Shown here: one piece after another, positions 29,541 to 39,709 of the stretch
How positions within the stretch are numbered: the stretch's first letter is position 1
Layout of the letters: each line of letters starts with the position of its first letter
Assembly: GCA_026417515.1 (NCBI GenBank)
Contig: JAOADC010000066.1
Coordinates: 1-49,669, forward strand
DNA from: Actinomycetota bacterium
Lineage (GTDB): Bacteria > Actinomycetota > Aquicultoria > SKW223
DNA: 49,669 nt
Direction of reading: 5' to 3'
Position numbers and translations under genes: made by a program
Notes under the pieces: generated by a model
The model's database searches: none
What the model was told of the DNA's origin: nothing
Seen by the model: only the letters and a program-made list of their open reading frames with translations

Positions 29541-31931
29541 ATGCTCAGGGTTCCGCTAGTTGCTGAAGTCTTAATACTGCGAAAATCCAGGCAGCTAGCG
29601 GAACCCTTTGATTATTTAATACCCGATAAACTTCAAGAAAAAGCAAAACCTGGACTTCTGGTAAGAGTTCCTCTAAGAAATTCTGAATCCCTCGGGTTAA
29701 TAACCAACCTTAAAGAATCTTCAGATTTCAATGATTTAAAGCCCATAAGTGAAATTCTTGAAAGTTTGCCTGTGATGTCAGAAGTTCACCTTAAATTGCT
29801 TCAGTGGATGTCTGAATATTACATTGAAAGCGCCGGTGCTGTTGCCAGCCTTTTCTTTCCTTCTTTGCTTTCATCTGCTCTAGAAAAAAGAGTTGCTCTA
29901 CTAACTTCTGAGGCACCGAAAGAACTTTATACGTTTATTGCTTTAGGCGGAGGATCTGTTAAATACATCGAATTAGTAAAACATTTTGGCAAGTTAAAGA
30001 CAGACAAACTCCTTAAAGAAGCTCAATCGAATGAATCAGTAAAGATATTCTGGTCGTTTAAAAGAACTGGCTTAAAGCCAAAGGTTACTTACGAGATTCA
30101 TCTGGCAGATGCTGAAGAAATTGAACATCTTAAGAAAATTACAAGGTCAAGAAGATTTAAGGCATTTTTTACCGAACTTAAATCTAATATTTCAATGAGT
30201 CTTGAAGAAGCAAGAGATAGTTTTGGGATCAAACTTTCTGAATTGAAGAGAATTGAATCTTCAGGGGCGATAAGACTTGTTGAAAAGTTTATTGATAGAC
30301 CTGTTGTTAGAGAGGTCGACGTTTATGAAAAAGGGGTGGAGTTAAACGAAGAACAAAAGGTTGCTATTAAAGAGATAGAGAAAGCAATTGACAGATCAGC
30401 ATACAAAGAATTCCTTATTTTTGGCCCAACAGGCTCCGGCAAGACTGAAGTTTACCTTAGGTCAGCAGCCTATGCTTTAAAAAAAGGCAAGGGTGTTATT
30501 TATTTAGTTCCAGAAATTTCGCTAACACCTCAAACCTATACAAGAATCGAAAGGAGATTTCCTGGAAAAACAGCTGTTTTTCACTCGTCGCTAAAAGAAA
30601 GCGAAAGACTTAATCAGTGGTATATGCTTGCAGAAAAAGCCAAACAGATTGTTGTGGGGGCTCGTTCAGCTCTTTTTATGCCTGTCAGCAATATTGGACT
30701 TATTATCATTGATGAGGAGCACGATACCTCTTACCGTCAGGACAGCTCACCAGTTTACGATGCAAGACGAGTTGCTCGGAAAATGGCTGAATTATCAGGT
30801 GCTGTATTGATTTACGGTTCTGCAACCCCTTCGCTTGAAAGAATGTATGAAGCAAAAAATGGAAAAATAGAACTTTTGAAACTTTCTCACAGAGTCAGTG
30901 GAAGGATGCCAGAGATTGAAGTCATCGATCTAAAACGGCATAGAGAATTTTTAACAGACGTTCTTAAAGAAGAGCTTACAAAAACCATTGAAAAAGGTAA
31001 CAAGGCACTGATATTTCTCAATAGACGTGGATACTCGGTTGTTGAAATATGTAGCAACTGTGGCTACCTTGCAACCTGCCCAAGATGCACAGTTTTCTTG
31101 AGATTTCACAGAGACACGAAAAAACTTACCTGCCATTACTGTGGTTATTCTCGTAAACCCGATGAAAGTTGTCCTGATTGTGGAAGCTTAAAAATTTCGC
31201 TTAAAGGAAGAGGCATTCAACAGATTGAAGAACAGATAAAGGAAATTGTTAAGGATAAAGTTAAAGTCGTTCGACTGGATTCAGATGTGGCTAGAAGAGG
31301 AGAAGGTAAAGATAATTTATTTGATTTCATTTCTGGAGACGCATCTATCCTTGTTGGAACGCAAATGGTTGCAAAGGGACTGCATCTTCCAGAAATTACA
31401 TTTGCAGGAATAGTAAACGCAGATGCTGGATTAAATATGCCTGATTTTAGAGCAGAAGAAAGGACCTTTCAATTGATTGTTCAACTTGCTGGCAGAGTAG
31501 GACGTGGTGATGAACAAGGAAAGGTCCTTGTTCAGAGCTTTCAGCCAGAGCGTCAGGTAATCCAGTATGCTGTGAATGGAGACTATGAGGCGTTTTACAA
31601 AAGAGAGATAGAGATGCGTCTTATTAATGAACTTCCACCTTTTAAATTCTTGATTCGTGTTCTTACTCAGTCAAAAAATGAAAAGGAAGCCATAGAAGTT
31701 GCAGAAAAGGTTTACAAGAATTTAAAGGAATCTCTTGAAAAGGATATAAAGATTATTGGACCCCTTCCAGCCCCTCTTTATAAACTTCATGGTCGCTACA
31801 GAGTTCAAATACTTTTAAAGCTTGATTCAGAACCAACAAAAAATACGCTGGATTCAATAAGGAGATGTGCAAACATAAGATCTAGCGCAGCAAAAGTTAA
31901 AATTGATGTGGATCCAGTCGTTTTAATCTAA
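29541..31931 (+). CDS. priA: Primosomal protein N' (replication restart helicase)
   Basis: GPTGSGKTEVY, IIDEEH, GSATPS, four CxxC pairs, QLAGRVGR. Confidence 0.96.
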   Translation: MLRVPLVAEVLILRKSRQLAEPFDYLIPDKLQEKAKPGLLVRVPLRNSESLGLITNLKESSDFNDLKPISEILESLPVMSEVHLKLLQWMSEYYIESAGAVASLFFPSLLSSALEKRVALLTSEAPKELYTFIALGGGSVKYIELVKHFGKLKTDKLLKEAQSNESVKIFWSFKRTGLKPKVTYEIHLADAEEIEHLKKITRSRRFKAFFTELKSNISMSLEEARDSFGIKLSELKRIESSGAIRLVEKFIDRPVVREVDVYEKGVELNEEQKVAIKEIEKAIDRSAYKEFLIFGPTGSGKTEVYLRSAAYALKKGKGVIYLVPEISLTPQTYTRIERRFPGKTAVFHSSLKESERLNQWYMLAEKAKQIVVGARSALFMPVSNIGLIIIDEEHDTSYRQDSSPVYDARRVARKMAELSGAVLIYGSATPSLERMYEAKNGKIELLKLSHRVSGRMPEIEVIDLKRHREFLTDVLKEELTKTIEKGNKALIFLNRRGYSVVEICSNCGYLATCPRCTVFLRFHRDTKKLTCHYCGYSRKPDESCPDCGSLKISLKGRGIQQIEEQIKEIVKDKVKVVRLDSDVARRGEGKDNLFDFISGDASILVGTQMVAKGLHLPEITFAGIVNADAGLNMPDFRAEERTFQLIVQLAGRVGRGDEQGKVLVQSFQPERQVIQYAVNGDYEAFYKREIEMRLINELPPFKFLIRVLTQSKNEKEAIEVAEKVYKNLKESLEKDIKIIGPLPAPLYKLHGRYRVQILLKLDSEPTKNTLDSIRRCANIRSSAAKVKIDVDPVVLI

Positions 31932-32006
31932 GCAGTTTTTGTTTTTTGTGTGAGAGGAATTAGAATAAAAGATAATTAGAAATGTTTATGATTTCGGGAG
32001 GCTGCG

Positions 32007-32528
32007 TTGAAGTATCGAGATATCTTAATATTTGGTGAACCAGTTCTAAAGGAGAAAAGTAAGGAAGTCCAGAACATCGATTCAAACATAAGAAAAACGC
32101 TTAAAAATATGTACGAGATAATGAAAAGAGCAGATGGAGTCGGTTTGGCAGCACCTCAAATTGGTATACCTCTAAGATTGGTTGTTATCGATGTTGGTGA
32201 AGGTCCAATATTTATGGTAAATCCAGAAATAACCTGGTACTCGAAAGAGGAAGTTGATTTTGAAGAAGGTTGTTTAAGTTTTCCTGGCGTGGCCATAAAC
32301 ATCACTCGACCTGAAAAAGTAAAGGTCGCTTTTTTAGATGAAAAAGGCAGGAAGAATTTCCTTGAAGCTGATGGTCTCCTTGCTAGGGCTATCCAACATG
32401 AAGTTGACCACTTAGATGGCGTATTGATCATTGACCGAGCCACAAAAACACAGAGAATGGAAGCAATCCAAAAACTTCAAGAAAACATACAACAGATAGA
32501 AGAAACGAAAACACTGACAAAAGAATGA
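32007..32528 (+). CDS. def: Peptide deformylase
   Basis: GVGLAAPQIG, EGCLS, QHEVDHL. Confidence 0.97.
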   Translation: MKYRDILIFGEPVLKEKSKEVQNIDSNIRKTLKNMYEIMKRADGVGLAAPQIGIPLRLVVIDVGEGPIFMVNPEITWYSKEEVDFEEGCLSFPGVAINITRPEKVKVAFLDEKGRKNFLEADGLLARAIQHEVDHLDGVLIIDRATKTQRMEAIQKLQENIQQIEETKTLTKE

Positions 32529-33448
32529 GTATGGAATATGTTTTTGCAGGAACTGACGAATTCTCGCTTGAATTACTGAAGAATCTTTCAACCAGTTACA
32601 AGGATCCGTCGTGCATCCTTACCCAGAAACCAAAGCCCAGGGGAAGAGGATTAAAAATTCTTCCTGTTCCAGTTGCTAAGTTTGCTGTTGAAAAAAACAT
32701 TCCATATTTGGAAATCGGTTCATTTGAAGAGTTAAAACAGGAAATTGACCACTTAGATTTGGCAAGAATATTGGTTGTCTGTTCTTTTGGACTCTACATC
32801 CCAAGTTGGTTTACAGAAAGATTCGACTGGACGCTCAACTTCCATCCAAGTCTCGTTCCTGAATACAGAGGCGCTGCTCCAATTCAAAGAGCACTATTGG
32901 ATGGAAGGAAAGAGACAGGGGTCAGTATTATAGAGGTTTCTGCAGAGATGGATGCAGGAAGAATCTACGATTATGTTAAAGTGCAGATAGACGAAGATGA
33001 CAATTACGAGACGCTTTCAAAAAAACTATTAGAAGCAGGAACTCCGCTTCTTGTTAAGGTTCTTAAAGATATTTCAAATGGCAAGATTAACTTAAAGGAA
33101 CAATCAGGAGAAGTAATACTGGCTCCCAAGATTACGAAGGAAGAACTTTGGATTGATTGGGCCCAACCTGCCCAAAAGATTAAGAACAAAATTAGAGCGT
33201 TCTCACCTAAACCAGGTGCGAGAACACGGTTTCGTGGAAAAATGCTAAAAATATTGAAGGCAGAAGTAATTGAAGGAACCTCTGGAAATCCGGGAGAAAT
33301 AGTTTCTGTAGGCAAGGAAGGCCTGATTATCGGTACTTCAGATGGATTTTTAAAGGTGGAGAAAGTCCAACCAGAGAATTCCAGAGTAATGGATGCTTTT
33401 GAGTTTGTGAACGGATATCGCGTTCAAGCAGGAGAAATGCTTATGTAA
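32525..33448 (+). CDS. fmt: Methionyl-tRNA formyltransferase
   Basis: NFHPSL.P.YRGAAPIQRA, MDAG, IRAFSP.PGA; follows def. Confidence 0.95.
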   Translation: MSMEYVFAGTDEFSLELLKNLSTSYKDPSCILTQKPKPRGRGLKILPVPVAKFAVEKNIPYLEIGSFEELKQEIDHLDLARILVVCSFGLYIPSWFTERFDWTLNFHPSLVPEYRGAAPIQRALLDGRKETGVSIIEVSAEMDAGRIYDYVKVQIDEDDNYETLSKKLLEAGTPLLVKVLKDISNGKINLKEQSGEVILAPKITKEELWIDWAQPAQKIKNKIRAFSPKPGARTRFRGKMLKILKAEVIEGTSGNPGEIVSVGKEGLIIGTSDGFLKVEKVQPENSRVMDAFEFVNGYRVQAGEMLM

Positions 33449-33462
33449 TAAAAGTAGAAATG

Positions 33463-33471
33463 TGTTATAAT
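33463..33471 (+). promoter_or_regulatory. Extended -10 promoter of the rib operon
   Basis: TGTTATAAT about 10 nt upstream of the FMN aptamer. Confidence 0.55.
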
Positions 33472-33480
33472 TAAAAAATG

Positions 33481-33616
33481 AGCCTTCGGGGCAGGGTGAA
33501 ATTCCCGACCGGCGGTGATGCGCAAAGGCGCAGAGCCCGCGAGCCTGTTTTCGTTAGAGACAGGTTGATCCGGTGAAATTCCGGAGCCGACGGTTAAAGT
33601 CCGGATGGGAGAAGGC
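33481..33616 (+). promoter_or_regulatory. FMN riboswitch (RFN element)
   Basis: CTTCGGGGCAGGGTGAAATTCCCGACCGGCGGT...AGCCCGCGAGC...GATCCGGTGAAATTCCGGAGCCGACGGTTAAAGTCCGGATGGGAGAAG upstream of ribD. Confidence 0.97.
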
Positions 33617-33702
33617 AAGAATGTTCTATAACGCATTTATTCTCCCTTCCTGTTAATAAACCTGCCTCGAAAAAAAGATTTATTTTTTTGGAGAAAATTC
33701 TT

Positions 33703-34806
33703 ATGGAAGTTGCCGAAACTCGTTTTATGAAACTTGCTATTGATCTAAGTAAAAATGGTCTCGGTACCGCAAGCCCAAATCCTGTGGTTGGATGTGTCAT
33801 CGTTAAAGAAGGCAAGATTATTGGAACTGGATATCATGAATATCCTGGAGGGCCCCACGCAGAAATTGTTGCCTTAAGAAATGCAGGAAAGGATGCGGCA
33901 GGGGCAGATGTTTATGTAACTCTTGAACCATGCAGTTTTTATGGCAGAACACCACCCTGTGTCGATGCTCTAATTAAAGCAGGCGTTAAGAGAGTTATAG
34001 CAGCTGTTGAGGATCCACATCCAAATGTTTCTGGGAAAGGATTTGAAATTCTTAAAAAGGCAGGCATTCAAGTTGAAGTTGGGCTTATGATGCGCGAAGC
34101 GGCTTTTGTTAATAGGTATTACCTTACCTCCTTAACGAAGGGTAGGCCCTACGTAACTCTAAAGTTAGCAATGACTCTGGATGGTTACATTGCAGACAGT
34201 CAGGGAAATTCAAAATGGATTACTTCTAAAGAGTCTCGCAATGATGTTCAAGAATTAAGAAGAGTCCACGATGCCATTGTTGTTGGTTCAGGAACCTTTA
34301 TAAAAGATAAACCCAAACTTACCTATCGAGGTTCCAAGAAAAAGAGGCTGCCAATAAAAAGATTTCTTTTAGTGTCTTCAAGAGATACTTTTAATGCCAT
34401 AAAGCCTTTAATTAAGGGGTCAGATTATTTTGTTGTCCTTCCAGAAAGGTTATTTAATGAAGTTGACAAATCATTCATAAATCTGATTCCAACCAGAGAG
34501 TGGGAAGGCAAAGTCGATATTAGAGATTTTCTCAATAAACTTCATGAAATGGAAGTTAGAAGTCTTCTTGTAGAAGGTGGAAGCAATCTTGTGTCCAGTT
34601 TCTTGCAAGAAGGTCTGTTTGATGAATTAATTATCTATACATCACCTAAATTCTTAGGAAGCGGAATAAAAGCCTTCGATCTTAAAAAGAGCTTTTCCAT
34701 TCAGCAACCCCTTGAATTGATTTTTCATTCCATTGAAGAAATCAAAGGCGATACAAAGGTTGTTTATTTTAATCCAGAGGTGGTGTTTAAATGTTTACAG
34801 GCATAA
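33703..34806 (+). CDS. ribD: Riboflavin biosynthesis deaminase/reductase
   Basis: SPNPVVG, HAE, TLEPC...GRTPPC, KLAMTLDG, SKWIT, VEGG; ATG 33703 after GGAG. Confidence 0.96.
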   Translation: MEVAETRFMKLAIDLSKNGLGTASPNPVVGCVIVKEGKIIGTGYHEYPGGPHAEIVALRNAGKDAAGADVYVTLEPCSFYGRTPPCVDALIKAGVKRVIAAVEDPHPNVSGKGFEILKKAGIQVEVGLMMREAAFVNRYYLTSLTKGRPYVTLKLAMTLDGYIADSQGNSKWITSKESRNDVQELRRVHDAIVVGSGTFIKDKPKLTYRGSKKKRLPIKRFLLVSSRDTFNAIKPLIKGSDYFVVLPERLFNEVDKSFINLIPTREWEGKVDIRDFLNKLHEMEVRSLLVEGGSNLVSSFLQEGLFDELIIYTSPKFLGSGIKAFDLKKSFSIQQPLELIFHSIEEIKGDTKVVYFNPEVVFKCLQA

Positions 34807-35417
34807 TAGAAGAAGTAGGGGTTGTTACTTCTATAAAAAGGAAGGCGGATATTCATACTATTCAAATAAGATGCAGTTTTTCACCTGAATTGAAGTTGGG
34901 GGAATCCGTTGCAGTTAACGGTTCCTGCCTCACTGTCACTTCAACAACTAAAGATTCGTTTCAAGTGGAGGTCGTTGAGGAAACCTATAAACGTACGAAC
35001 TTCAGGTATTTAAATACAGGAGACAGGGTCAATTTAGAAAGATCTCTAAGAGTTGATAGCAGGCTCGATGGACATATAGTTACCGGACATGTAGACGGTG
35101 TCGGTGAAGTCGTAAGAATTGAAAATAGGTCTCAGTCTGCAATCTTTTACATAAGGTGTCCTGAAAATCTTAAGTGGTTTTTGGCTGAAAAGGGTTCAGT
35201 GGCTATTGATGGCATAAGCCTTACGATTGCAGAAGTGAATGATTCAATCATCAAAATAGCTGTCATTCCACATACTTTAGAGAACACCAATCTTAGATTT
35301 ATGAAAGTTTCTTCAAAAGTAAACATAGAAGTTGACATAATCGCTCGTTATTTAAGCAGACTTCTTGAAGGAAAACAATCATCTGAAAGATTAAGAGACT
35401 TTATTGAAGGGAGGTAA
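34791..35417 (+). CDS. ribE: Riboflavin synthase (alpha chain)
   Basis: [44 protein letters not shown]. Confidence 0.97.
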   Translation: MFTGIIEEVGVVTSIKRKADIHTIQIRCSFSPELKLGESVAVNGSCLTVTSTTKDSFQVEVVEETYKRTNFRYLNTGDRVNLERSLRVDSRLDGHIVTGHVDGVGEVVRIENRSQSAIFYIRCPENLKWFLAEKGSVAIDGISLTIAEVNDSIIKIAVIPHTLENTNLRFMKVSSKVNIEVDIIARYLSRLLEGKQSSERLRDFIEGR

Positions 35418-35422
35418 CAACA

Positions 35423-36625
35423 TTGAGTTTTGCATCCATAGAAGAAGCACTCGAAGATATTCGAGCAGGAAAAATGGTCATAGTTGTGGACGATGAAGAT
35501 AGGGAAAACGAAGGCGATCTCGTTATTGCTGCAGAGAAGGTTACACCTGAAGCCATCAATTTTATGACCAAATACGGTCGCGGTTTAGTATGTATGCCCA
35601 TTGCACCAGAAAGAATAGATGAGTTAAAGATACCACCAATGGTCACTGAAAACACATCCACTTTTAATACTGCATTTACAGTTTCAGTTGGTGTAAAAGG
35701 GAAAATGACAACTGGCATTTCTGCCTATGATAGAGCAAATGTTATCCGAGCTCTAATTGACCCTGAAACCACTGCAGAGGATATTGTGATGCCAGGGCAT
35801 GTTTTTCCTCTTAGGGCACGGCCTGGAGGAGTTCTCGAAAGGGCAGGACACACTGAAGCAGCAGTTGACCTTGCAAGACTGGCAGGGCTTTATCCCGCTG
35901 GTGTTATTTGCGAAATAATGGCAGATGACGGCACGATGGCTCGCCTGCCTGAGCTGGAAAAGTTTGCCGAAAAGTGGGGTTTAAAGATAATCACCATTGC
36001 GGATCTGATAAAGTATCGCCTGAAGAGAGAGATACTGGTTGAAAGAGTCGTAGAAGTGAATCTACCAACAAAATATGGGCATTTCCAAGCAATCGCGTAT
36101 CAGTATAAGATTGATAAATCTATTCAGCTTGCTTTGGTTAAGGGCGATGTTAGGGGAAAGGAAAATATTCTGGTTCGTGTTCATTCAGAGTGTTTAACAG
36201 GTGATGTTTTTCATTCTTTAAGGTGCGACTGTGGTTCACAGTTGGAAGCATCTCTTAAGATGATAAACGAAGAAGGAACGGGAGTTCTTGTATATATGAT
36301 GGGTCACGAGGGTAGAGGGATAGGGCTTATTAACAAATTAAAAGCGTATAAGATCCAGGAAGAAAAAGGGCTGGATACAGTTGAAGCAAATAAAGAACTT
36401 GGATTTCCACCAGACTTAAGAGACTATGGAGTTGGCGCTCAGATTCTTGTGGATTTAGGAATTACCTCGATGCGATTGATAACAAATAATCCCAGAAAAA
36501 TAGTTGGGCTTGAAGGATACGGACTTAAAATAGTTGAAAGAGTGCCAATAGTTACTTGCACCAATCCATACAACGAAGAATACTTGAAAGCTAAGAAGGA
36601 AAAGCTGAATCACTTGATAGACTAA
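35423..36625 (+). CDS. ribBA: DHBP synthase / GTP cyclohydrolase II
   Basis: [27 protein letters not shown]...RCDCG, EGRGIGL, TNNP.K. Confidence 0.97.
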   Translation: MSFASIEEALEDIRAGKMVIVVDDEDRENEGDLVIAAEKVTPEAINFMTKYGRGLVCMPIAPERIDELKIPPMVTENTSTFNTAFTVSVGVKGKMTTGISAYDRANVIRALIDPETTAEDIVMPGHVFPLRARPGGVLERAGHTEAAVDLARLAGLYPAGVICEIMADDGTMARLPELEKFAEKWGLKIITIADLIKYRLKREILVERVVEVNLPTKYGHFQAIAYQYKIDKSIQLALVKGDVRGKENILVRVHSECLTGDVFHSLRCDCGSQLEASLKMINEEGTGVLVYMMGHEGRGIGLINKLKAYKIQEEKGLDTVEANKELGFPPDLRDYGVGAQILVDLGITSMRLITNNPRKIVGLEGYGLKIVERVPIVTCTNPYNEEYLKAKKEKLNHLID

Positions 36626-36649
36626 ATAAAGTAACAGGGGAGGGTTTCA

Positions 36650-37120
36650 GTGATGCTAAAGATTTATGAAGGAAAGCTTGATGGCAAGGGTTTAAGATTT
36701 GGTATCGTCGTTTCTCGTTTCAACGATGCCATAACTACAAGGCTTTTAGAAGGAGCTATTGACTGTTTAAAAAGACACAATGTTTCAGAGGAAGATATCC
36801 ATATCATCTGGGTTCCAGGAGCATTTGAAATTCCAGTTACTTTAAAACGCGTGGCGGCATCAAGCAGATTCGATGCCTTAATTGCTCTTGCTTGCATAAT
36901 CAGGGGAGAGACACCACATTTTGATTATGTGGCTGCTGAAGTTGCTAAAGGAATCGCCCAGGTCTCCCTAAAGGAAATGACCCCAATATCTTTTGGTGTT
37001 GTGACTGCAGATAGCCTTGAGCAGGCTATAAACAGAGCAGGTGCTAAGAATGGCAACAAAGGTTTTCAGGCTGCCATGAGTGCGCTTGAAATGGCAAGTT
37101 TGTTTTCTCAATTGTCTTAA
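36650..37120 (+). CDS. ribH: 6,7-dimethyl-8-ribityllumazine synthase
   Basis: [27 protein letters not shown]. Confidence 0.97.
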   Translation: MMLKIYEGKLDGKGLRFGIVVSRFNDAITTRLLEGAIDCLKRHNVSEEDIHIIWVPGAFEIPVTLKRVAASSRFDALIALACIIRGETPHFDYVAAEVAKGIAQVSLKEMTPISFGVVTADSLEQAINRAGAKNGNKGFQAAMSALEMASLFSQLS

Positions 37121-37141
37121 CAAAAAGAAGGTGTATCAAAA

Positions 37142-37462
37142 TTGAAGATAAAAAGAGAATGGGGAGAGATAAAGCAGCTTGCTTTTAATCAACCATGCTC
37201 TGTTAAAGTTATTGAGATCTATCCAGGTAAGGGAACAACTTACCACTATCACCACTTTCGCGAAGATGTCTGGTACATATTGGATGATGAAGTGGGTGTG
37301 GTCGTAAACGGAAAGGAGTATATAGCAAAACAGGGCGATGAGTTTTTCATACCTGCAGGTGTTCCTCATAGACTCTTTTCTCCCAATAATAAGAGAGTTA
37401 GAGTTCTGGAGATAGCATACGGTTTCAATGAAGAATCTGATAAGGTCGTAGTTGATGAGTAA
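37142..37462 (+). CDS. Cupin-domain protein (mannose-6-phosphate isomerase C-terminal-like)
   Basis: REWG, HYHHFREDVW, IPAGVPHRL, VLEIAYG..E.D. Confidence 0.75.
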   Translation: MKIKREWGEIKQLAFNQPCSVKVIEIYPGKGTTYHYHHFREDVWYILDDEVGVVVNGKEYIAKQGDEFFIPAGVPHRLFSPNNKRVRVLEIAYGFNEESDKVVVDE

Positions 37463-38264
37463 GATAATCACCTTTACAACTGATTTTGGCTACAAGGATG
37501 AATATGTTGCTTCAGTTAAGGCTGCCATACAAAGTTATTCAACTGATATTATGATTGTCGATATAAGCCACGAAATCACACCCTTCTCTGTCCTGGAAGG
37601 AGCATTCATACTTGCTTCAGCAGCCCCACATTTTAAAAAAGCTGTACACCTTGCAGTTGTTGATCCTCAAGTCGGTTCACAACGAACACCACTTATTTTG
37701 AAGACCAAATTTGGACATTTTCTTGTGGGACCTGACAATGGATTGCTTATTCCAGCAACAGAAAGACTTGGAGGAATTGCTCAAGCATTTAAGATTATTC
37801 CTGACAGATTTGTGGCTTGGAAGATAAGCAAGACATTTCATGGTAGAGACATTTTTGCACCCGCCTCTGCTATGCTTGCAATGGGATTAGCTCCGGAAGA
37901 AATAGCAGAACCGATTGATGAGAAGTGCCTGACTGCTTCACCATTCAAGGTCGAGTTTAGTAAAAATAGTTTGAAATGCCTGGTTGCAAACGTTGACAGG
38001 TTTGGTTCACTGAGGTTAGGTGTTTCTTTTGACGATATTTCCAGGAATTACGGAAAACCCAAGCAAATCAAACTGAAGGCAGGCAAGGTTGAGAAGGAAC
38101 TGAGTTTTGGTGAATACTTCTCGCAGTTCGGTAAAGGAGAACTATTTTTTTATGAAGATTCTTCTGGTTACATTGCAATTTCTGCTAACTTAGAAAGTGC
38201 TGATAAAATATTAGGTTTGTCCTTGGGTGAAGAAGTCGAGTTAGAGTTTTTGGAGGTAGAATGA
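37455..38264 (+). CDS. SAM hydrolase / chlorinase-fluorinase family protein (DUF62)
   Basis: TTDFG, DISH, VVDP.VG, GPDNG, TFHGRDIFAP, VDRFG. Confidence 0.92.
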   Translation: MSKIITFTTDFGYKDEYVASVKAAIQSYSTDIMIVDISHEITPFSVLEGAFILASAAPHFKKAVHLAVVDPQVGSQRTPLILKTKFGHFLVGPDNGLLIPATERLGGIAQAFKIIPDRFVAWKISKTFHGRDIFAPASAMLAMGLAPEEIAEPIDEKCLTASPFKVEFSKNSLKCLVANVDRFGSLRLGVSFDDISRNYGKPKQIKLKAGKVEKELSFGEYFSQFGKGELFFYEDSSGYIAISANLESADKILGLSLGEEVELEFLEVE

Positions 38265-39709
38265 CAGTAAGAGTTAGATTTGCCCCTAGTCCAACTGGTT
38301 GGCTCCATATTGGAGGCGCAAGAACTGCTCTTTACAATTTTTTATTTGCAAAAAAGCACAGTGGTAAGTTTATTTTAAGAATAGAAGATACTGACCAATC
38401 GAGATCAACAGATGAGGCAATAAAAGCGATATTAGAAGATATGAGATGGTTAGGGCTTCAGTGGGACGAAGGTCCTGAAATCGGCGGTCCTTACGGACCA
38501 TATCGTCAAACTGAAAGATCTCATCTTTATGAAGAAGCAATTAAACAACTTCTATCATCTGGAAGTGCTTACTACTGCTTTTGTTCTCCAGAAGAATTAG
38601 AGAAGATGCGAGAGGATGCTTTAAGCAGAAAGCTGTCATTTCGCTATCCAAGAAAATGCAGAAATATAAGTCTTGAAGAAGCGGAAGAAAGAATAAGAAG
38701 AGGGGAGCCAGCTGCTGTAAGGTTTAAAACGCCACTTGAAGGCAGAATAAAAATTAATGACATAGTTAGAGGAGAAGTAGAATTTGATTTAAGCCAGCTT
38801 GACGATTTTGTAATTGCACGTTCTGATAAATCTCCTACCTACAATTTAGCAGTCGTTGTAGATGATGCACTTATGAAGATAACCCATGTCATAAGAGGAG
38901 ATGATCATCTTTCAAATACTCCAAAACAGGTTCTCATTTATAGAGCCTTAGGTTATCCAGTTCCAGAATTTGCTCATCTTTCAATGATTCTTGGACCTGA
39001 CAAGAAACCGCTTTCAAAAAGACATGGATCAACAGCAGTTTTTGAATTTAAGAACAAAGGCTATCTTCCAGAAGCAATGGTAAACTACCTTGCTCTTCTT
39101 GGATGGTCTTTCGACGATAAAACTACTTTCTTTACTCCTCAAGAACTGATTGAAAAATTTGATCTGAGCCGTGTTTCTGCTAATCCTGCTGTTTTTGATT
39201 TCCAGAAACTTGAGTGGCTGAATGGTGTCTGGATTCGTCAACTCGATACGAAGGAGCTAGCCAAAAGAATTGAACCCTATGTTAAATCGGATTACGGAGA
39301 GAATTTTGAGATAGATGAGAATTTTTATAAGTTAGTAGAACTGACAAAAGAAAGAATGAAGACATTAAGAGATTTTGTAGATTGGACTTACTTTTACTTT
39401 ATAGAAGAGAATGAATTTAGCATTGATGAGAAAGATCTTAAAAAGGTAGCTGCTTCCAGTGGTTTTAAAGATATTTTAAAAGAAGCCCGTGATGAACTTT
39501 CAGCACTTTCAAACTGGGATAGGAGCGAAATTGAGAAAGCGTTAAGAGAATTAGTTGCACGTTTAGAAGAGAAACCAAAGAAGGTATTTCAGGCAGTGAG
39601 AGTTGCTGTAACTGGTAGGTTGGTTTCACCACCACTTTTTGAGTCTTTAGAAATTTTAGGGAAGGAGAGAACATTACGTAGGCTGGAAAAGGCAGTTCTA
39701 TTTCTTTAA
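38261..39709 (+). CDS. gltX: Glutamate--tRNA ligase
   Basis: RFAPSPTG..HIGG, LRIEDTD, IRGDDH, LSKRHG, SPPLFE. Confidence 0.97.
   Translation: MTVRVRFAPSPTGWLHIGGARTALYNFLFAKKHSGKFILRIEDTDQSRSTDEAIKAILEDMRWLGLQWDEGPEIGGPYGPYRQTERSHLYEEAIKQLLSSGSAYYCFCSPEELEKMREDALSRKLSFRYPRKCRNISLEEAEERIRRGEPAAVRFKTPLEGRIKINDIVRGEVEFDLSQLDDFVIARSDKSPTYNLAVVVDDALMKITHVIRGDDHLSNTPKQVLIYRALGYPVPEFAHLSMILGPDKKPLSKRHGSTAVFEFKNKGYLPEAMVNYLALLGWSFDDKTTFFTPQELIEKFDLSRVSANPAVFDFQKLEWLNGVWIRQLDTKELAKRIEPYVKSDYGENFEIDENFYKLVELTKERMKTLRDFVDWTYFYFIEENEFSIDEKDLKKVAASSGFKDILKEARDELSALSNWDRSEIEKALRELVARLEEKPKKVFQAVRVAVTGRLVSPPLFESLEILGKERTLRRLEKAVLFL

Noticed and set aside
33424-33815. Minus-strand 70- and 73-aa ORFs
   Set aside because: Antisense to the FMN riboswitch and ribD
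37455-38264. Halogenase (fluorinase/chlorinase) as part of the RiPP pathway
   Set aside because: 32 kb away in housekeeping context; motifs fit the widespread DUF62 SAM hydrolases
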